63,063 bases of DNA, filler included, from Nemertoderma westbladi (GCA_032718475.1; 4 parts of 4 records of this genome joined end to end with filler, not necessarily neighbours in it); one strand, 5' to 3'; counted from the first letter of the whole stretch, positions 12,701-24,576 are shown. Numbers and translations: made by a program. The notes: a model not told the origin generated them from the sequence alone.

Positions 12701-13404
12701 AGTTCACGAAGTTTATGGACTTCCATGTGTGCGGAAGTCAACATTGCAACGTAACAGCAGAAAAGTATGTCTGTAAACCGAAAAATAAACCTGGGAAAAT
12801 GACCTTGGATTTATCCGTTACTTTCAACATTTCACATCCGCGTTTTGCGAGTGATTGCGATTTTGCGTGCAGAGGATCCACACTAAAAAGTGATACCAAA
12901 ATGGTTCGAACTTTCATGAGGTTCGCCTTTGGTGGGTTGAAAGTCAATTTGCCTGGCGATTTAAAGACAGTCGGTCTTAATAAATTCAACCCCTATAAAT
13001 ACATCCGCGCCTCTAACGGTAAGAAAAAGCACTTAGTTTGTTCACAAGGTTACAGTTTGGTGACCAGCTTGGGCTGCAAAAACTCCGGAATATGTAGCAA
13101 TCAGTGCGCAGCCTGCCCTCCTGGCACGTTCAACAACGGACTTCCCCCCAATGTGTGTCAACTGTGCCCTGTAGGCAGGTACCAGGACATGTTTGGGAAA
13201 TCCTTGTGTTTTAAATGTAAGAAGGGTATGTCAACGAAAACTACAGGGTCCCAATCCGTAAAACAGTGCATAAAATCGACTTACAATAAGGTGGTTATTG
13301 CAGTTACCGTATTGGGAGTAATCGCATTAATAATGATACTAGTTAATGTTTTGTATTTTATATTTAGTGCAATAACGAGAAAAAGGCCCAAAAAATTTAA
13401 ATAA
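9769..13404 (+). CDS. Type I membrane protein with Ig-like, LamG/pentraxin-like, EGF-like, Ig + ZPBP/Sp38-like and GCC2/GCC3 Cys-rich domains, 1211 aa
   Basis: Hydrophobic N-terminus; Ig motifs (W..DYGTYTC; C..W..AGMYMC); LamG-like CLVNPPVCLYGLSVSLWV..WTHMVVTW..VYING..IDEFAVW; CPPGTF..CQLCPVGRYQ..C..C..GMST repeat; transmembrane segment, then a short basic tail ending KKFK. The true start is uncertain because 9769-9830 is AT-rich and ends in an acceptor-like TTATTAG. Confidence 0.85.
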   Translation: MIYNSSKINNIVIFVIVIIISCQFLAVNLSNLYVVKSEKQCRSYDVITRTCYIDGDLGSRVNFVVGIKINTTRLRWYRLVDILNRQSAKRIPLSDESYAFRSNAIVSLRGRRLTLNPLRDFDMADNHWMIEATRNDQKQRIRFVVEHPTSTLKAEVNGKPVEIDLRHLVKLPRNALHVTWEVEGLDGPLVDDLKPHGTALTISNSDFADIIVAKVYDDNDYMIMKRRFIISRDIEVVRWLPGMPKTIALPLRGTTVLSVGMKGADTPRNIRWYFYAGRDIHKSKVLTGNVKPSHIALRNNRKYMGGVTEILVNNITSKDYGTYTCLVDTGSGPPSEVIYKLVRPIVNIQFNRVAHLWLFNKGATQDDKVIQVIDAMNLPSADLDVFESGDCFRSDDGINGRALRINQHEDCISYVELIDCGDGKDEKVTTGPTHDRDEECLVNPPVCLYGLSVSLWVYLEGAISGRDMSIACSYPTGLCITCSQLTVTMASCRFTLLYGMIIYKLKVDVQLRDWTHMVVTWKDSSAMSVYINGEIKGQVSPMKQVKAFESNSYHFHVAKSILSDESNTRLAIDEFAVWYNYVVTELQAAHLYASYRGVPYSANRDIEYNYEENANTQIHLHCPFHLPRVWRHFLRWYRDGFEEVEEFSGLEFIEVEATGIVLPITYICAFWNGSHIIDSNVFTIFPAGHNLRLTKDKTTLRNYLGNNFQTENFDEIDRAGELVNNQMIARGYVYTLNYVNPLYETLPKLKVAEIWMCTSPVNCTKKVTNSKLAFNKTENPFNQTCTTMYLCGCANGFVINHGNPSQACIKVSDSPTIQKLSDRFPITWESMIHSEPYMELMVKTYNISDSDMEHISVYPLYETESIAIPCMMAGTKFNYKTRARHEWHTWDGRNIRPGFHYSIRSSGDLKIMYSHTQHAGMYMCSRKFTHTETDSVLETQTNYWLVLIFKPPNIQYKYSMSFSVDNCSEPLNRDDVDEFTKFMDFHVCGSQHCNVTAEKYVCKPKNKPGKMTLDLSVTFNISHPRFASDCDFACRGSTLKSDTKMVRTFMRFAFGGLKVNLPGDLKTVGLNKFNPYKYIRASNGKKKHLVCSQGYSLVTSLGCKNSGICSNQCAACPPGTFNNGLPPNVCQLCPVGRYQDMFGKSLCFKCKKGMSTKTTGSQSVKQCIKSTYNKVVIAVTVLGVIALIMILVNVLYFIFSAITRKRPKKFK

Positions 13405-13500
13405 TTTAGTCGTTACCTACTAGTGACCTATTAGTGACACTGGTGGTGATGTAGGCCTATTAACGGTGTGTTTCGCTCAAGTTTGTTAAATGGTTAAAAT

Positions 13501-13506
13501 AATAAA
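13501..13506 (+). terminator. Probable polyadenylation signal of the membrane protein gene
   Basis: AATAAA (overlapping copies) about 100 bp after the stop codon. Confidence 0.45.
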
Positions 13507-15810
13507 ATAAAAGCTTAACTTGAATCCAACGGAGTGCAATTCTTATATCTAGGAACTGCTGGTCCGAAGCATTTCATTGTCAGAAGGCACGATCAGAAGT
13601 TTGCTGATCTTGCTATACCCCCCCCCCCCCCCCCTACCCATTTTCTTATTTTGTAGATGTCTCCAATGTGGTTGAAAAATGCCTAGAACACGATGAGCCA
13701 TCGAAAAGAGAATCATCAAAGGTACATAGAAATTTGGAACATTTTTTTGACAACCCCTAGCGGGCTGCGTGAGATTTAAAAAATTTCACTAAAAAGACTA
13801 CTCCTCCGCTATTTTCCAGTTTTCACACACTTTTGGTATATTCGTTTTTCTATTTCTGATAATTGGCAATTTTGTAAAGAAATTAAAAATTGAAAAAACC
13901 CATGTTATTTGTAAGTTTTCATTCAAAAAATGGGGAAATATTACAAAATAAAGAAAAGTGCGTTAAATATATTGAAACCTATGAAATTACCCTTCATAAA
14001 GAAATTGCAAAAACGGTTAAGAAATGGCGGAGGAGTAGTATTTTTCGTGCGAAAAAATGTCATTCAGAGATAATTGCCTTCAAAGTTCAACCCTTCCCGC
14101 GCAAAATTGCCTGCATGGGGTCTGGTTGGATAATGTAATAATAAGTGTCTGACAAGAAGGAAACACACCACCGAGCTAGAAATATATTTGTAGGGGTTTT
14201 CGGGGTCGCTGGTTTCTTTTCCGACGTCACTTAAAATTTTTGAAATCTAGTCTGTCCGTCGGTCGGTTGTCTGTCTAACATTTTGACATAGACAGATTGG
14301 CAGACACATATTCCAGGATAACTCATAAACTAAAAGAGATCTCTCCAAGCCGTTTTCAGATTTGAAATCCCCATTAAATTCTGCTCTAGATGCAATAAAA
14401 ACAAATTTCTGACATTTTTAACGCGGTTCAAGACCCTCGCTTAACAAAGATACCAACATTGGAAATTAGTTTAGCGTTATTAAGTTATTTTAAGATTTTA
14501 GAAATTTAAATTATTGATTAATATTCAGTATTGATCGGCAAGGAGCGATAATTTAACAAAATTTACGCGCATACATCATTCAAGGAAAAGGCCAACCTCC
14601 CTCGCTGCGCTCGCACGTTGTACATATAAATAGAAATACGTAATGTAATAAATAGTACGTCGGTAATATAATAGTAATAGGGATCTGAGCAGACAGACTT
14701 TGCGCCCAAGAAATCTATACACCTAATAATACAGTTTTTAGTACGGACCACGTAGACATGTCCAGTCCAGGCCAATCAGATAATTTCACTCAAAGTAGTT
14801 CGTAGCTTTACTAAACACCATCTAAGTTTCTGAATGTTCACAATCGCCAATAATGGCCCAATGCCTATTTGGATGGACCGTACAAAAACTGACTTCATAT
14901 TTTGTTCATGACAGACTTCATATACAGAAAGTCAATAAATGTAAACGAGTATGCCGTGGCTTACATATTTCGTGGCTCGCCCCACACAAACTCGTCACCA
15001 TTTTCAACTTTCAACATTTTTCGCGCTGTTTTGACACAAACAGACCGCATCAGTTACAACCCCATAATTGAACATACATATTTGAAAATAGCTATGGGGG
15101 ACGGGACAGGGGGTGTATTTTACTGCATTAATAAACAAACATGATAAAAAGATGCCATTATTGTAATTTAGATAATTGTCAAGAATTCAATTATAAAAAT
15201 TATAAAATTATAACAAATAATGTTTTGTAATTCAACTAACTAAATGTTCATTACAGTAAACTAAACTAAACTAAAGACCCAAACTGCATACAATAAGTTA
15301 TTAGCTATAGTTTTGCCCCAAACAGTGAGTAGATTGTGGATATTATAGTGTGAACAAAAAGGAGAACATGTCTTACTTTCAATTACATACTCAACTCACA
15401 CTATTATTGGCAATTTAATGACATTTTATAAGATTCACAATTAATTATCAGAACCAAATTGGATAAATTAAACATATAAAAAGAGCAACTACTCGATGAT
15501 TTATAATACACAACATAATATAAATAAATCAATGATTTACAAGACAATTTAATTATACAATTAAGTCTTTCGTGATAGAAGTCTGCATTGTGCTTGAGGA
15601 ACACCAACACCATAAAGGGAAGAGCGCTAAGGCAATCGTAACTGACGTACGAAAAATACGAAAATATTTCAGGAAAACAGTTTCGTCCGAACAATATAAC
15701 ATCTTCCCCAGCGAAAAAGCGAAATATGTGATTCTTGAAATCATATTAATTAGTTTAAATAAATCAAGCGGAATTAATATACAAGATTCAGGAGACGAAA
15801 TGATCATATT

Positions 15811-18800
15811 TCACTGACATGCGAGAGGAAGACCCTCATTGGGGGTAGTCAAAGGGACACCTCTGAGAGGGTAATAGGGGGTTGGACGAGGCACCATGGT
15901 GATACAGTCTATAATGGGGCAGACAGAGAGACACAGGGTGCATCCGGTGCAGTCGTCAGTGACGTGCGGAATGTGGGTGTCCTCGTCAAAGGATATCGCC
16001 TGGTATCCCGAATCGTTGCAGGTCATGAAACATTTACCGCAATTGATACACATGTCGTCGTTAATAACCGCGACCACTTGTTGTTTGTTGCTGAGATCCC
16101 CGTAGGTGCCGATCATGGGGAGGGCTCGTCCGATAGTATCCGAGATCTTCGGGACACGATTGGGGGGTTGGTGTGCCGGTGTCTGGGGTTGCTGTGCCGG
16201 TGAGGGTGGTTGGTGCACCGGTGTAACTCCTTTATGTTGCGCGAGGAGGTTGCGCCTTTGGGTGAGGTAGTCACCGAAGTGGGGTAGACCTTTCACGGCT
16301 GGGAGCCCAGAGGGGGTGGGTTTACCGCGCTGATGGGCCGCGGTTGGTGGCGACTGCCCGTCCCAATTCGGTAAACCCATAGCTTCCATATAGAGCAACG
16401 CCTTCAATCCTGTTACGTAATCGTGTATCACCGTGTAGTCCTGGTTGTGTATCGCGCTACAGACCTGCAGGAGTGAGGCGCCCCCGTTCAGGTACTGAAG
16501 GCCGGCCTCCGCTGAGTCGATACCGCCGGTGGCGAGAATCGGGAACCCCGGAACGGCGCGAGCGATCGAGGTGACGGCTCGGAGAGCGATCGGTCGGATC
16601 GCGTTCCCGGAGACTCCGCCGTACGTTGTGCGACGCGCGTCGCCTACGCTAGGCCACGCGGATCCGTTGGTACGCAGCCCCATGAGACCGCTAACTGTGT
16701 TTGTCGCCGTGCAGCCATCGGCGCCCCCTTCCTGGGCAGCGGCCGCTATGTCGACGATCTCGGTAACGTTGGGAGTGAGTTTAGCAAAGAAAGGGATCTT
16801 CACGGCTTCTCGGACCCATCTACAGATGTTCCTTACGAGATCGGGGTTCTGGCCGCATGCCAGACCCATTCCTTTCTCGCCCATACCGTGGGGACACGAG
16901 AGATTCAGTTCGAGAGCGTCCGCACCCGCTGATTCCGACATTTTGCTCAACTCCGTCCAATCCTCCTTGTTGAATCCGCACATGATGCTCGCTATGACGA
17001 TCTTATTTGGGAAGTCGCGTTTCAGTTCGGTGACGCTGCGGCACCAATAGGCCGCAGTCTTCTCCGAGATGAGTTCGATGTTGAGGAAGGCGCCCTGCCC
17101 AGGGCCGAACACGTGTCCGGAAGTGGTGCCTCTCACGATGCGGGGAGACACGTTGGTGATGACGTCTTTATCCAAACTGTAGGTCTTCGTCAGCGCGAAG
17201 GCCCACCCCACTTTGAAGGCGCGCCTAATCATAGCGCTGCTAGTGGTTGGTGTGGCGCTGGCCAATCCGAATGGATTCTCGAACTTCAACCCGCAGACGT
17301 TTATCGAGACATCCACCTCATCTACCGGGGTGTAGAATCCGGGTAGTTGGGGGGTCGGGTTCACTTGCACTCCACCCAATGACTGTATGTATTGGTGGAT
17401 GTGCCAAGCCGCTTGTTTACCGTCGTTCACCGATTCCACCGTCGTGTTGGCCACTCCAGCGAGGTCTCCGCCACAGTACACCCCCTCTACATCAGTCACC
17501 ATAGTAACAGGATCAACCTTGGGGAGACCCCATGCATTTAGTTTCATCGGAGCGAGTGCATCGGTGATGTCTGAGTCTGTAAGGCCTGAGCCGAAAGCTG
17601 AAATAATAAAATTACATTTAATCTTCACTGTTTGCTCAGAATCTTCTACCCATTCATCGTTGTCGTTCTGGTAGGTTCGGTAGAATTCCATACCCTTAAT
17701 GCTGTTACCGACGAGGTTGACCTTGGCCGGGGAGTGGAAAGGTAGGAATTCACACTGCTCCTCCTTGGCCAGATCCATCTCCTCCGGGACTGCGCGCACG
17801 TTAGTGAAACCCTTCCGGAAGGCGACGAAGACCCGGCGCGCGCCGCAACGCAACGCTGACGTGGCGCAATCGAACGCCGTGTCCCCCGCCCCCAGAACCA
17901 CCACGTTGCCGTGCAGTTGCGGCAAAGAGCCTCCACCACACGCGCACATACCCGGCTTACTGGCCTTAGCCACGACCGGTAAGAAATCCTTAGAAGTGTA
18001 AAAACCGTTGGTGGAAGACAAATCCTTGAATATTGGGATGGATTTTGGTTGAGGCATTCCTAATCCCAAGAACACAACCACGTTGCCATCCTTCTTTAAG
18101 GAACTAATAGTCATGCCGTTTTTAGCAGATAGCGGTTTCCCCAACTGCACTTTCACTCCGAGTTGTTTCATCAGATTCACCTCGAATGAGACGACGTCGT
18201 ACGGGAGACGATACTGGGGAATCTCGGAGGAACTCAACCCTCCGATGTAGTCTTCCTTCTCGAAGATTGTTAGATCGGTATAACCAAGACGAGCGAGGAA
18301 GGTAGCGCACGTGATACTCGCCGGTCCGCATCCGATCAGAGCTACAGACGACCGATAGCTTGGGTCCGCGGGGTCAACCACCACAGAGGGGTCAACCACC
18401 TGGGGAATGTTCATTAACTTGAATATCTCGGTAGCGAACTGCTGCAGTCCCCCTATATTTATTGGGCCTTCCTCGGAGCCGTACAGGTTGCAACCGCCAA
18501 CGCATAGGTCGCTGGTAGGGCAAACCATTCCACAGGTCAACCCCAGGGGATTGTCCGAAAAAATGGCCTTAGCGGCGCCGTAGTAATTCTTAGTGGCGAT
18601 CATAGAAATAAACTGTTTGATGTCCAACTGGGTTGGACAGGACTTTTGGCACGGTGCGTCGGCGCATTTCAGACATCGCGCGGCCTCCCGTAGAGCTCCC
18701 CTTTCGCTCAACGTCGTGTGTTTGATGTCATCGAAATCGTTCTTTAGACAGGAACTACCTTCGCATCCGATGTTGCGTTTCCAGTGTTTTTTCTCGGTCT

Positions 18801-18903
18801 TCGTGTGGCGCGTTGGCACCAGTTTAGCGATACCGTTCGGAGGTTTTGGATTCAACTTCAACAAATTTTCTATATCAGGTGGATCCACAGATAACGCTGC
18901 CAT
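15811..18903 (-). CDS. DPYD: Dihydropyrimidine dehydrogenase [NADP+], 1030 aa, uninterrupted ORF
   Basis: N-terminal Fe-S motifs [14 protein letters not shown] and [15 protein letters not shown]; FAD GCGPAS; [13 protein letters not shown] and FRKGF; catalytic loop [10 protein letters not shown]; C-terminal ferredoxin [11 protein letters not shown] and [12 protein letters not shown]; fused single-chain eukaryotic form. Confidence 0.98.
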   Translation of the reverse strand: MAALSVDPPDIENLLKLNPKPPNGIAKLVPTRHTKTEKKHWKRNIGCEGSSCLKNDFDDIKHTTLSERGALREAARCLKCADAPCQKSCPTQLDIKQFISMIATKNYYGAAKAIFSDNPLGLTCGMVCPTSDLCVGGCNLYGSEEGPINIGGLQQFATEIFKLMNIPQVVDPSVVVDPADPSYRSSVALIGCGPASITCATFLARLGYTDLTIFEKEDYIGGLSSSEIPQYRLPYDVVSFEVNLMKQLGVKVQLGKPLSAKNGMTISSLKKDGNVVVFLGLGMPQPKSIPIFKDLSSTNGFYTSKDFLPVVAKASKPGMCACGGGSLPQLHGNVVVLGAGDTAFDCATSALRCGARRVFVAFRKGFTNVRAVPEEMDLAKEEQCEFLPFHSPAKVNLVGNSIKGMEFYRTYQNDNDEWVEDSEQTVKIKCNFIISAFGSGLTDSDITDALAPMKLNAWGLPKVDPVTMVTDVEGVYCGGDLAGVANTTVESVNDGKQAAWHIHQYIQSLGGVQVNPTPQLPGFYTPVDEVDVSINVCGLKFENPFGLASATPTTSSAMIRRAFKVGWAFALTKTYSLDKDVITNVSPRIVRGTTSGHVFGPGQGAFLNIELISEKTAAYWCRSVTELKRDFPNKIVIASIMCGFNKEDWTELSKMSESAGADALELNLSCPHGMGEKGMGLACGQNPDLVRNICRWVREAVKIPFFAKLTPNVTEIVDIAAAAQEGGADGCTATNTVSGLMGLRTNGSAWPSVGDARRTTYGGVSGNAIRPIALRAVTSIARAVPGFPILATGGIDSAEAGLQYLNGGASLLQVCSAIHNQDYTVIHDYVTGLKALLYMEAMGLPNWDGQSPPTAAHQRGKPTPSGLPAVKGLPHFGDYLTQRRNLLAQHKGVTPVHQPPSPAQQPQTPAHQPPNRVPKISDTIGRALPMIGTYGDLSNKQQVVAVINDDMCINCGKCFMTCNDSGYQAISFDEDTHIPHVTDDCTGCTLCLSVCPIIDCITMVPRPTPYYPLRGVPLTTPNEGLPLACQ

Positions 18904-20363
18904 CGCTAATATTAACCAATGATATTAATATGTCTACAATTAGTATAGAAGTATCATTTAACAAGCTAAATCCACGTAAAGACCTAGGGTATAATATGAC
19001 AATATTCAATTCAATATACATACAGTCATACAGTCTAATGACTTAATAAAATCAATGTGACAGTTGAGAACACGGCGCCCTTTAGTATTAAAGGACGGCT
19101 TGGTTGAGACACATGAAAAAGAAACTATTATTATAGGAATTTCGGGAAATTTGAGCTCAATCCCATATCTCGTGTCGTGAGCTGGCTAGAGAGGCATCGG
19201 GTTATTCTAACCAAAATAATAAAAGTAAATGTTTCTCGCAATCATCAGCTGTTATTTGCGTCCTTTTGCTTTTTCCCCTGGAGAGGAGTTAATTATGTGT
19301 TATAACTTCATTTAACTTTACTGAAATTACGGAATTGTTGTTAAATAATCAAATAATAAAATTTTTCGTTTTGCATAGGCCTATAAATACAATAGGAGTG
19401 AAAATCGTACAGTAATGTGAGAGGAGACGATATTATAAATAAATTATAGGAAAGGAAGTTTCTTGGAAATTTCTTGTATCATGTATTTGTCGAGAAAAGT
19501 CTCAAAACGTCGATTATAAATGGGTTAAAAACAAAGGCAATTTTGTGCAATAAAATTAATTAAAGTAATATTGTACCCAGTCCGCACTGAATCTGACTGG
19601 GTGGAGTTCAATAATGGTGAATATTATTGCAAACATGAACTGCTTAGTAAATATAAACTACCCATAATTAAATGGAATGTGGGTTGACCGTTATCGGGCT
19701 CTGTGAGGTCGAGTTGTGCTGTCCCTGTGTGCCCGCCCTGTCAGTTAGTCAGATAATAATGGGGAGCCAACGAACCTTGCCACTCTACCAGATGGCAAAT
19801 AATAAAAGAGCCTTTCGTATTCATTCATTCGTATTACAGTCATCTTATAATTGACCTTATACGATTATAGTATGAAATCATGTACCAATGATAACCAAAG
19901 TTTACAACAATACAATTAATTATCAAAGATATAAAAATTAATAAAATCAATAATAATTATATATGTTGAAAAACTATTCAGTTGGGCTGAATAAAGGTAG
20001 AGTTTTCATTATTTTTTACAAAGTATGTTTTCTTATTTAAAAAAAACGATGCAAAAATACCACTATAAAATGTTAAAATAATAAAACAATTATCATTATA
20101 AATTATTTAATTAGCTTTTTCTTCCTTTAAAATTTAATGTGATTTTCAGATCGCATTGCTATGTGAGATATTAAATTTAAATTTACTGTATGCTAAATAC
20201 TGTAATTTTGTAAATTTAATGGAGGGCTTTGTATGTCCACCTTTAGCGTCACAATCTAACAAAAATCTTTGGGGGGGGGGGGGGGGTGGGGGGGCATCGT
20301 AAGTAGTAAAATAGTCAAGTTTAATTTATTGTATTGGTTATAAAGGACACCAATGTAATTTTG

Positions 20364-22770
20364 GGCCCATGTCAACTTTCCCGAGTGCCCAGGAAAGTCG
20401 AAATAAAATGGGTCAACATTTGTTTAAATGGGTGGGTAGGTGGGTGGGTGGCTCGGTTGGTCGGTGGGTTGGTCGGTCGGTCGGTGGAAAGATGGGAAGG
20501 TGGGTGGGAATGTAGGAAAATGGGAAGGTGGGTGGGAATGTAGGAAGATGTGAATGTAGGAAGATGGGAATGTGGGAAGATGGGAAGGTGGGTGAGAATA
20601 TGGGAAGGTGGATGGGAATGTAGGTAGATAGCAATGTAGGAAGATGGGAATGTGGGAAGATGGGAATGTAGGAAGATGGGAATGTGGGAAGATGGGAAGG
20701 TGGGTGGGAAGGTGGGAAGATGGAAATGTGGATGGGAAAGTGGGAAGGTGGGTGGGAATATGGGAACGTGGATGTGAATGTAGGAAGATGGGAATGTACT
20801 GTAGGAAGATGGGAATGTGGGAAGATGTGAATGTAGGAAGATGGGAATGTGGGAAGATGGGAATGTGGGAAGATGGGAATGTGTGAAGATGGGAATGTGG
20901 GAAGATGGGTGGGAATGTGGGAAGGTGGATGGGAATGTAGGAAGATGGGAATGTAGGAAGATGGGAATGTGGGAAGATGGGAATGTGGGAAGATGGGAAA
21001 GTGGGTGGGAAGATGGGAAGGTGGATGGGAAAGTGGGAAGGTGGGTGGGAATGTAGGAAGATGGGAATGTGGGAAGATGTGAATGTAGGAAGATGGGAAT
21101 GTGGGATGATGGGAATGTTGGAAGATGGGAAGGTGGGTGAGAATTTGGGAAGGTGGATGGGAATGTAGGAAGATAGGAATGTAGGAAGATGGGAATGTGG
21201 GAAGATGGGAATGACGTTATTTTTGCCTACCAATGGAGGGAAAGGAGCAGGTTACAGAGGCGGGCTTTTCTAACCAAAACAATAAACGATATTGTTACCA
21301 ATTGAGGGAAAGGAGCAGGTTACAGAGGCTGGCTTTTCTAACCAAAACAATAAACGATATTGTTACCAATTGAGGGAAAGGAGAAGGTTACAGAGGCGAG
21401 CTTTTCTAACCAAAACAATAAACGATATTGTTACCAATTGAGGGAAAGGAACAAGTTACAGAAGCGGGCTTTTCTAAACGAAACAATAAACGATGTTGTT
21501 ACCTACCAATCAAGAGAAAGGAGCTTTTCTATCCAAACAATAAACATTGCTATTCACATCTTCCTACATTCCCACACTCCCATATTCCCACATTCTCATC
21601 TTCCTCATTCCCAACCACCATCCCACATTCCCATCTTCCTCATTCCCACCCACCATCCCACATTCCCACCCACATTCCCATCTCCCTACATTCCCATCCA
21701 CCTTCCTACATTCCCATCCACCTTCCCACACCCCCATCCACCTTACCATCTCCCCACATTCCCATCCACCTTGCTACATTCCCATCCACCTTCCCACACC
21801 CCCATCCACCTTACCATCTCCCCACATTCCCATCCACCTTCCCACACCCCCATCCACCTTCCCATCTCCCTACATTCCCATCCACCTTCCTACATTCCCA
21901 TCCACCTTCCCACACCCCCATCCACCTTACCATCTCCCCACATTCCCATCCACCTTCCTACATTCCCATCCACCTTCCCACACCCCCATCCACCTTACCA
22001 TCTCCCCACATTCCCATCCACCTTCCCACATTCCCATCCATCTTCCCACATTCATATCTTCCCACATTCCCATTCACCGTCCCACATTCTCATCCACCTT
22101 CACACATTCCCATCCACCTTCCCACATTCAAATCCACCTTCCCACATTCCATTCCCATCATCCCATCTACCTTCCCACATTCCCATCTTCCTACATTTCC
22201 ATCCACCTTCCCACATTCCCATCCACCCTCCCACATTCCCATCTTCCTACATTCCAACCCACCTTCCCATCTTCCTACATTCTCATCCACCTTCCCACAT
22301 TTCCATCCACCTCCCAACATTCCCATCCACCTTCCCATCTTCCCATCCACCCTCCCACATTCCCATATTCCTACATAACCATCCACCTTCCCACATTCCA
22401 ATCTTCCCACATTCCCATCTTCCTACATTCCCACCCACCTTCCCATCCACCTACATTCCCACCTTCCTACATTCCCACCCACATTCCCGTATTCCCATCT
22501 TCACACACTCCCATCTTCGCACCCACCCACCTTCCCACCCGCCCACCTTCTCACTCACCGTCCGACCGATCAACAGACCACCCCCCTCAAAAAAAGAGGA
22601 CTTCGCGCTGCATGTGAATACCAAAATACCCCCATGTGAAGTTTCCCAGACTGTTTGGGAAGATGGTCGAAAATACGAAAGTTGCCTAATGATAGTGAAT
22701 GGGCCAAATTCCTTTTCGATGTGTTTTTTTTTCGCTGGATAAAGGGAATCCTGGGAAACTTCACATGGGC
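20364..22770. mobile_element. Foldback (Mutator/FB-like) non-autonomous transposon
   Basis: GTAATTTTG direct repeat at 20355-20363 and 22771-22779; terminal (G)GCCCATGTCAACTTTCCC / GGGAAACTTCACATGGGC; G-rich GGGAATGT/GGGAAGAT arm (20430-21213) facing its C-rich inverse (21555-22575). Confidence 0.8.
21225..21550. repeat. 68-bp tandem repeat (about 4.5 copies) at the centre of the foldback element
   Basis: ACCAAT(T/G)GAGGGAAAGG recurs at 21229, 21297, 21365, 21433, with a degenerate copy near 21505. Confidence 0.9.
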
Positions 22771-23469
22771 GTAATTTTGTACATAATATATTATTTAAAA
22801 TAAATTTCGCCATGTTAAGAAACAATAAATAAAGTAAGAATTTCCCTGATATTATATTAGTCCCCATGATATATATCTGTCTCTAAAGAAACCTGGCACT
22901 CACCCTTTCTTACTGTCACAGCGGGATTCGCCACGTTAAACCATCTGTAGCTCATAAGTATAGCCAGCGCACTTAGAATAAAAATGACAGAATTTATGTT
23001 GTTGGCTACAACAGTAGCTGTAGTCATTAAATTCGGTAATTACACCCCGTAATAATATACTATATATATACATTAATTATACCTTGTATGTTTTACCTTA
23101 AGGCATTGTTTAACATAGTTTGGGTATCCATTGTTAGAAATAATTACTCCCAGCGCCGTTCTTACTTTATAACAAGTTTTTTTGTGAGGTAGTCGTAGAT
23201 AAAAACCAAAGTATTGGTTTAATTGTTGGTGTAGTAACATGGGAAGGTATTTACATCGTAATTATCTATGTATGATTGATATATAATTGGCGACGATATG
23301 TAATTGTACAAAACTAATGGAGTCGTTGGCAACTTAGCAGCCAACAATAGGATGTGTCAAAGAGTTCCATATTTCCTCATAAATTTAGGAAAGAGACTGT
23401 TAATAGTACGAAAGCCCAAAACAGCAGTAAAGTAATCTTGCGGTATCGAAGCGGCAAGCACTACCCGGA

Positions 23470-23693
23470 GCCCGTTCACACCCAACGGTACCGCTGCGGC
23501 GGTAAAATTGTATATTTGTCGACTGTGAATTCAACTGGAAATTGCATTAATTGTTTTAACATTGTTTAAATGGGCTGCGGTAAACCGCGCGGTTTAGCGC
23601 ACAACTACATGTTGGGTCGTTCACTGTCAGCGGTGTACCGCTGGCCCTGCGGTACACCGCGCGGTGTACCGTTCCGTTGGATGTGAACGGGCC
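23470..23693. mobile_element. Small GC-rich MITE (PIF/Harbinger-like ends)
   Basis: GCCCGTTCACACCCAACGG at 23470 and CCGTTGGATGTGAACGGGC ending 23692; internal perfect 22-bp palindrome CGGTACACCGCGCGGTGTACCG at 23650-23671; left TSD not preserved. Confidence 0.65.
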
Positions 23694-24476
23694 TTTAAGT
23701 AGTCAATCAAAAGTCTGAAGCATAATTTGAGTGCTCATTAGTTCTCCAGACTCCCGCTAAAGGGAGTCTAGATAACGGTTGCATTTCCACACACAAGTCC
23801 ACCACGTACGGATCTAGATCGGAGTGCCTCTGTGTCTGTGAACAATGATTAGTTCGTCGGAAGAGAACAGCTGGATGCCGTGTTCACCTCACTTGAGTTA
23901 GAGTTTAGAAATTAAAATCGAATTGTTTTCTCCTCGGTTCAGAATAGGGGGTGTTTTACAAAACAATTACAAGAAAAGCCAGCAAGCTGGCTATAAGAAA
24001 ACCGTCTATAGACAAAGGTAGTGAGTGTAGTTGGGTCCCTCCCCATTGAACATCTTTGCTTACAGTCTGAGAGAAAGTAATACCCAGGCCCAGCCCTTAC
24101 GTGTCTTATTATTAACCAATAAAACATCTGAACGGCCCATGCTTATAATTCAATCAGCTGGCCTACCACCCAACACAGCACAGTGAGTAACCTTATAGAT
24201 ATTCCCATAGGATTCAATGGGAAGAGCTATTCAGCTGTCGGGGGTAATACAGTATAAAAGTAAAGTTGATGTTTGCTTACTGTCTAGGATAGAGTGCGAT
24301 AGTAATAAACTTGGCAAGTAATATAACTTCTGCGCAGTTTGGGCCTATCCATTCAATAAATAGTAGTAGCTTACTAGGCCAACATGAGTACCAGCAGCCG
24401 GTGTTTCTATCGTTGAGTGTTTTGGGGCAATTTTTCGAAATAAAAACAAAGACAATTTAATATATTTTTTCGAAAC

Positions 24477-24576
24477 NNNNNNNNNNNNNNNNNNNNNNNN
24501 NNNNNNNNNNNNNNNNNNNNTTAATTAATTAANNNNNNNNNNNNNNNNNNNNNNNNNNNNNNNNNNNNNNNNNNNN
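24477..24576. other. Scaffold gap with artificial linker
   Basis: 100-bp N run containing TTAATTAATTAA, identical in all three gaps. Confidence 0.98.

Noticed and set aside
13760-14620. Helentron/DINE-like or other decayed DNA element (GTCY repeats, short inverted repeats)
   Set aside because: Only scattered motifs; boundaries and family cannot be supported.
15811-18903. Bacterial horizontal transfer of DPYD (intronless, GC-richer than flanks)
   Set aside because: It is the fused single-chain form with animal-type N-terminus ([22 protein letters not shown]), not the split PreT/PreA form; a phylogeny would confirm.
15896-18922. Antisense ORFs overlapping DPYD, ASTE1 and the RT genes
   Set aside because: Shadow frames of GC-richer coding sequence with no recognisable motifs.
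20413-22742. Long His/Pro/Ser-rich ORFs
   Set aside because: Open in several frames and mirrored on both strands; by-products of stop-poor octamer repeats in a foldback element.
24477-24576. TTAATTAATTAA inside N runs as a biological motif
   Set aside because: Identical in all three 100-bp gaps; an artificial six-frame stop linker. Contiguity across the gaps is unverified.
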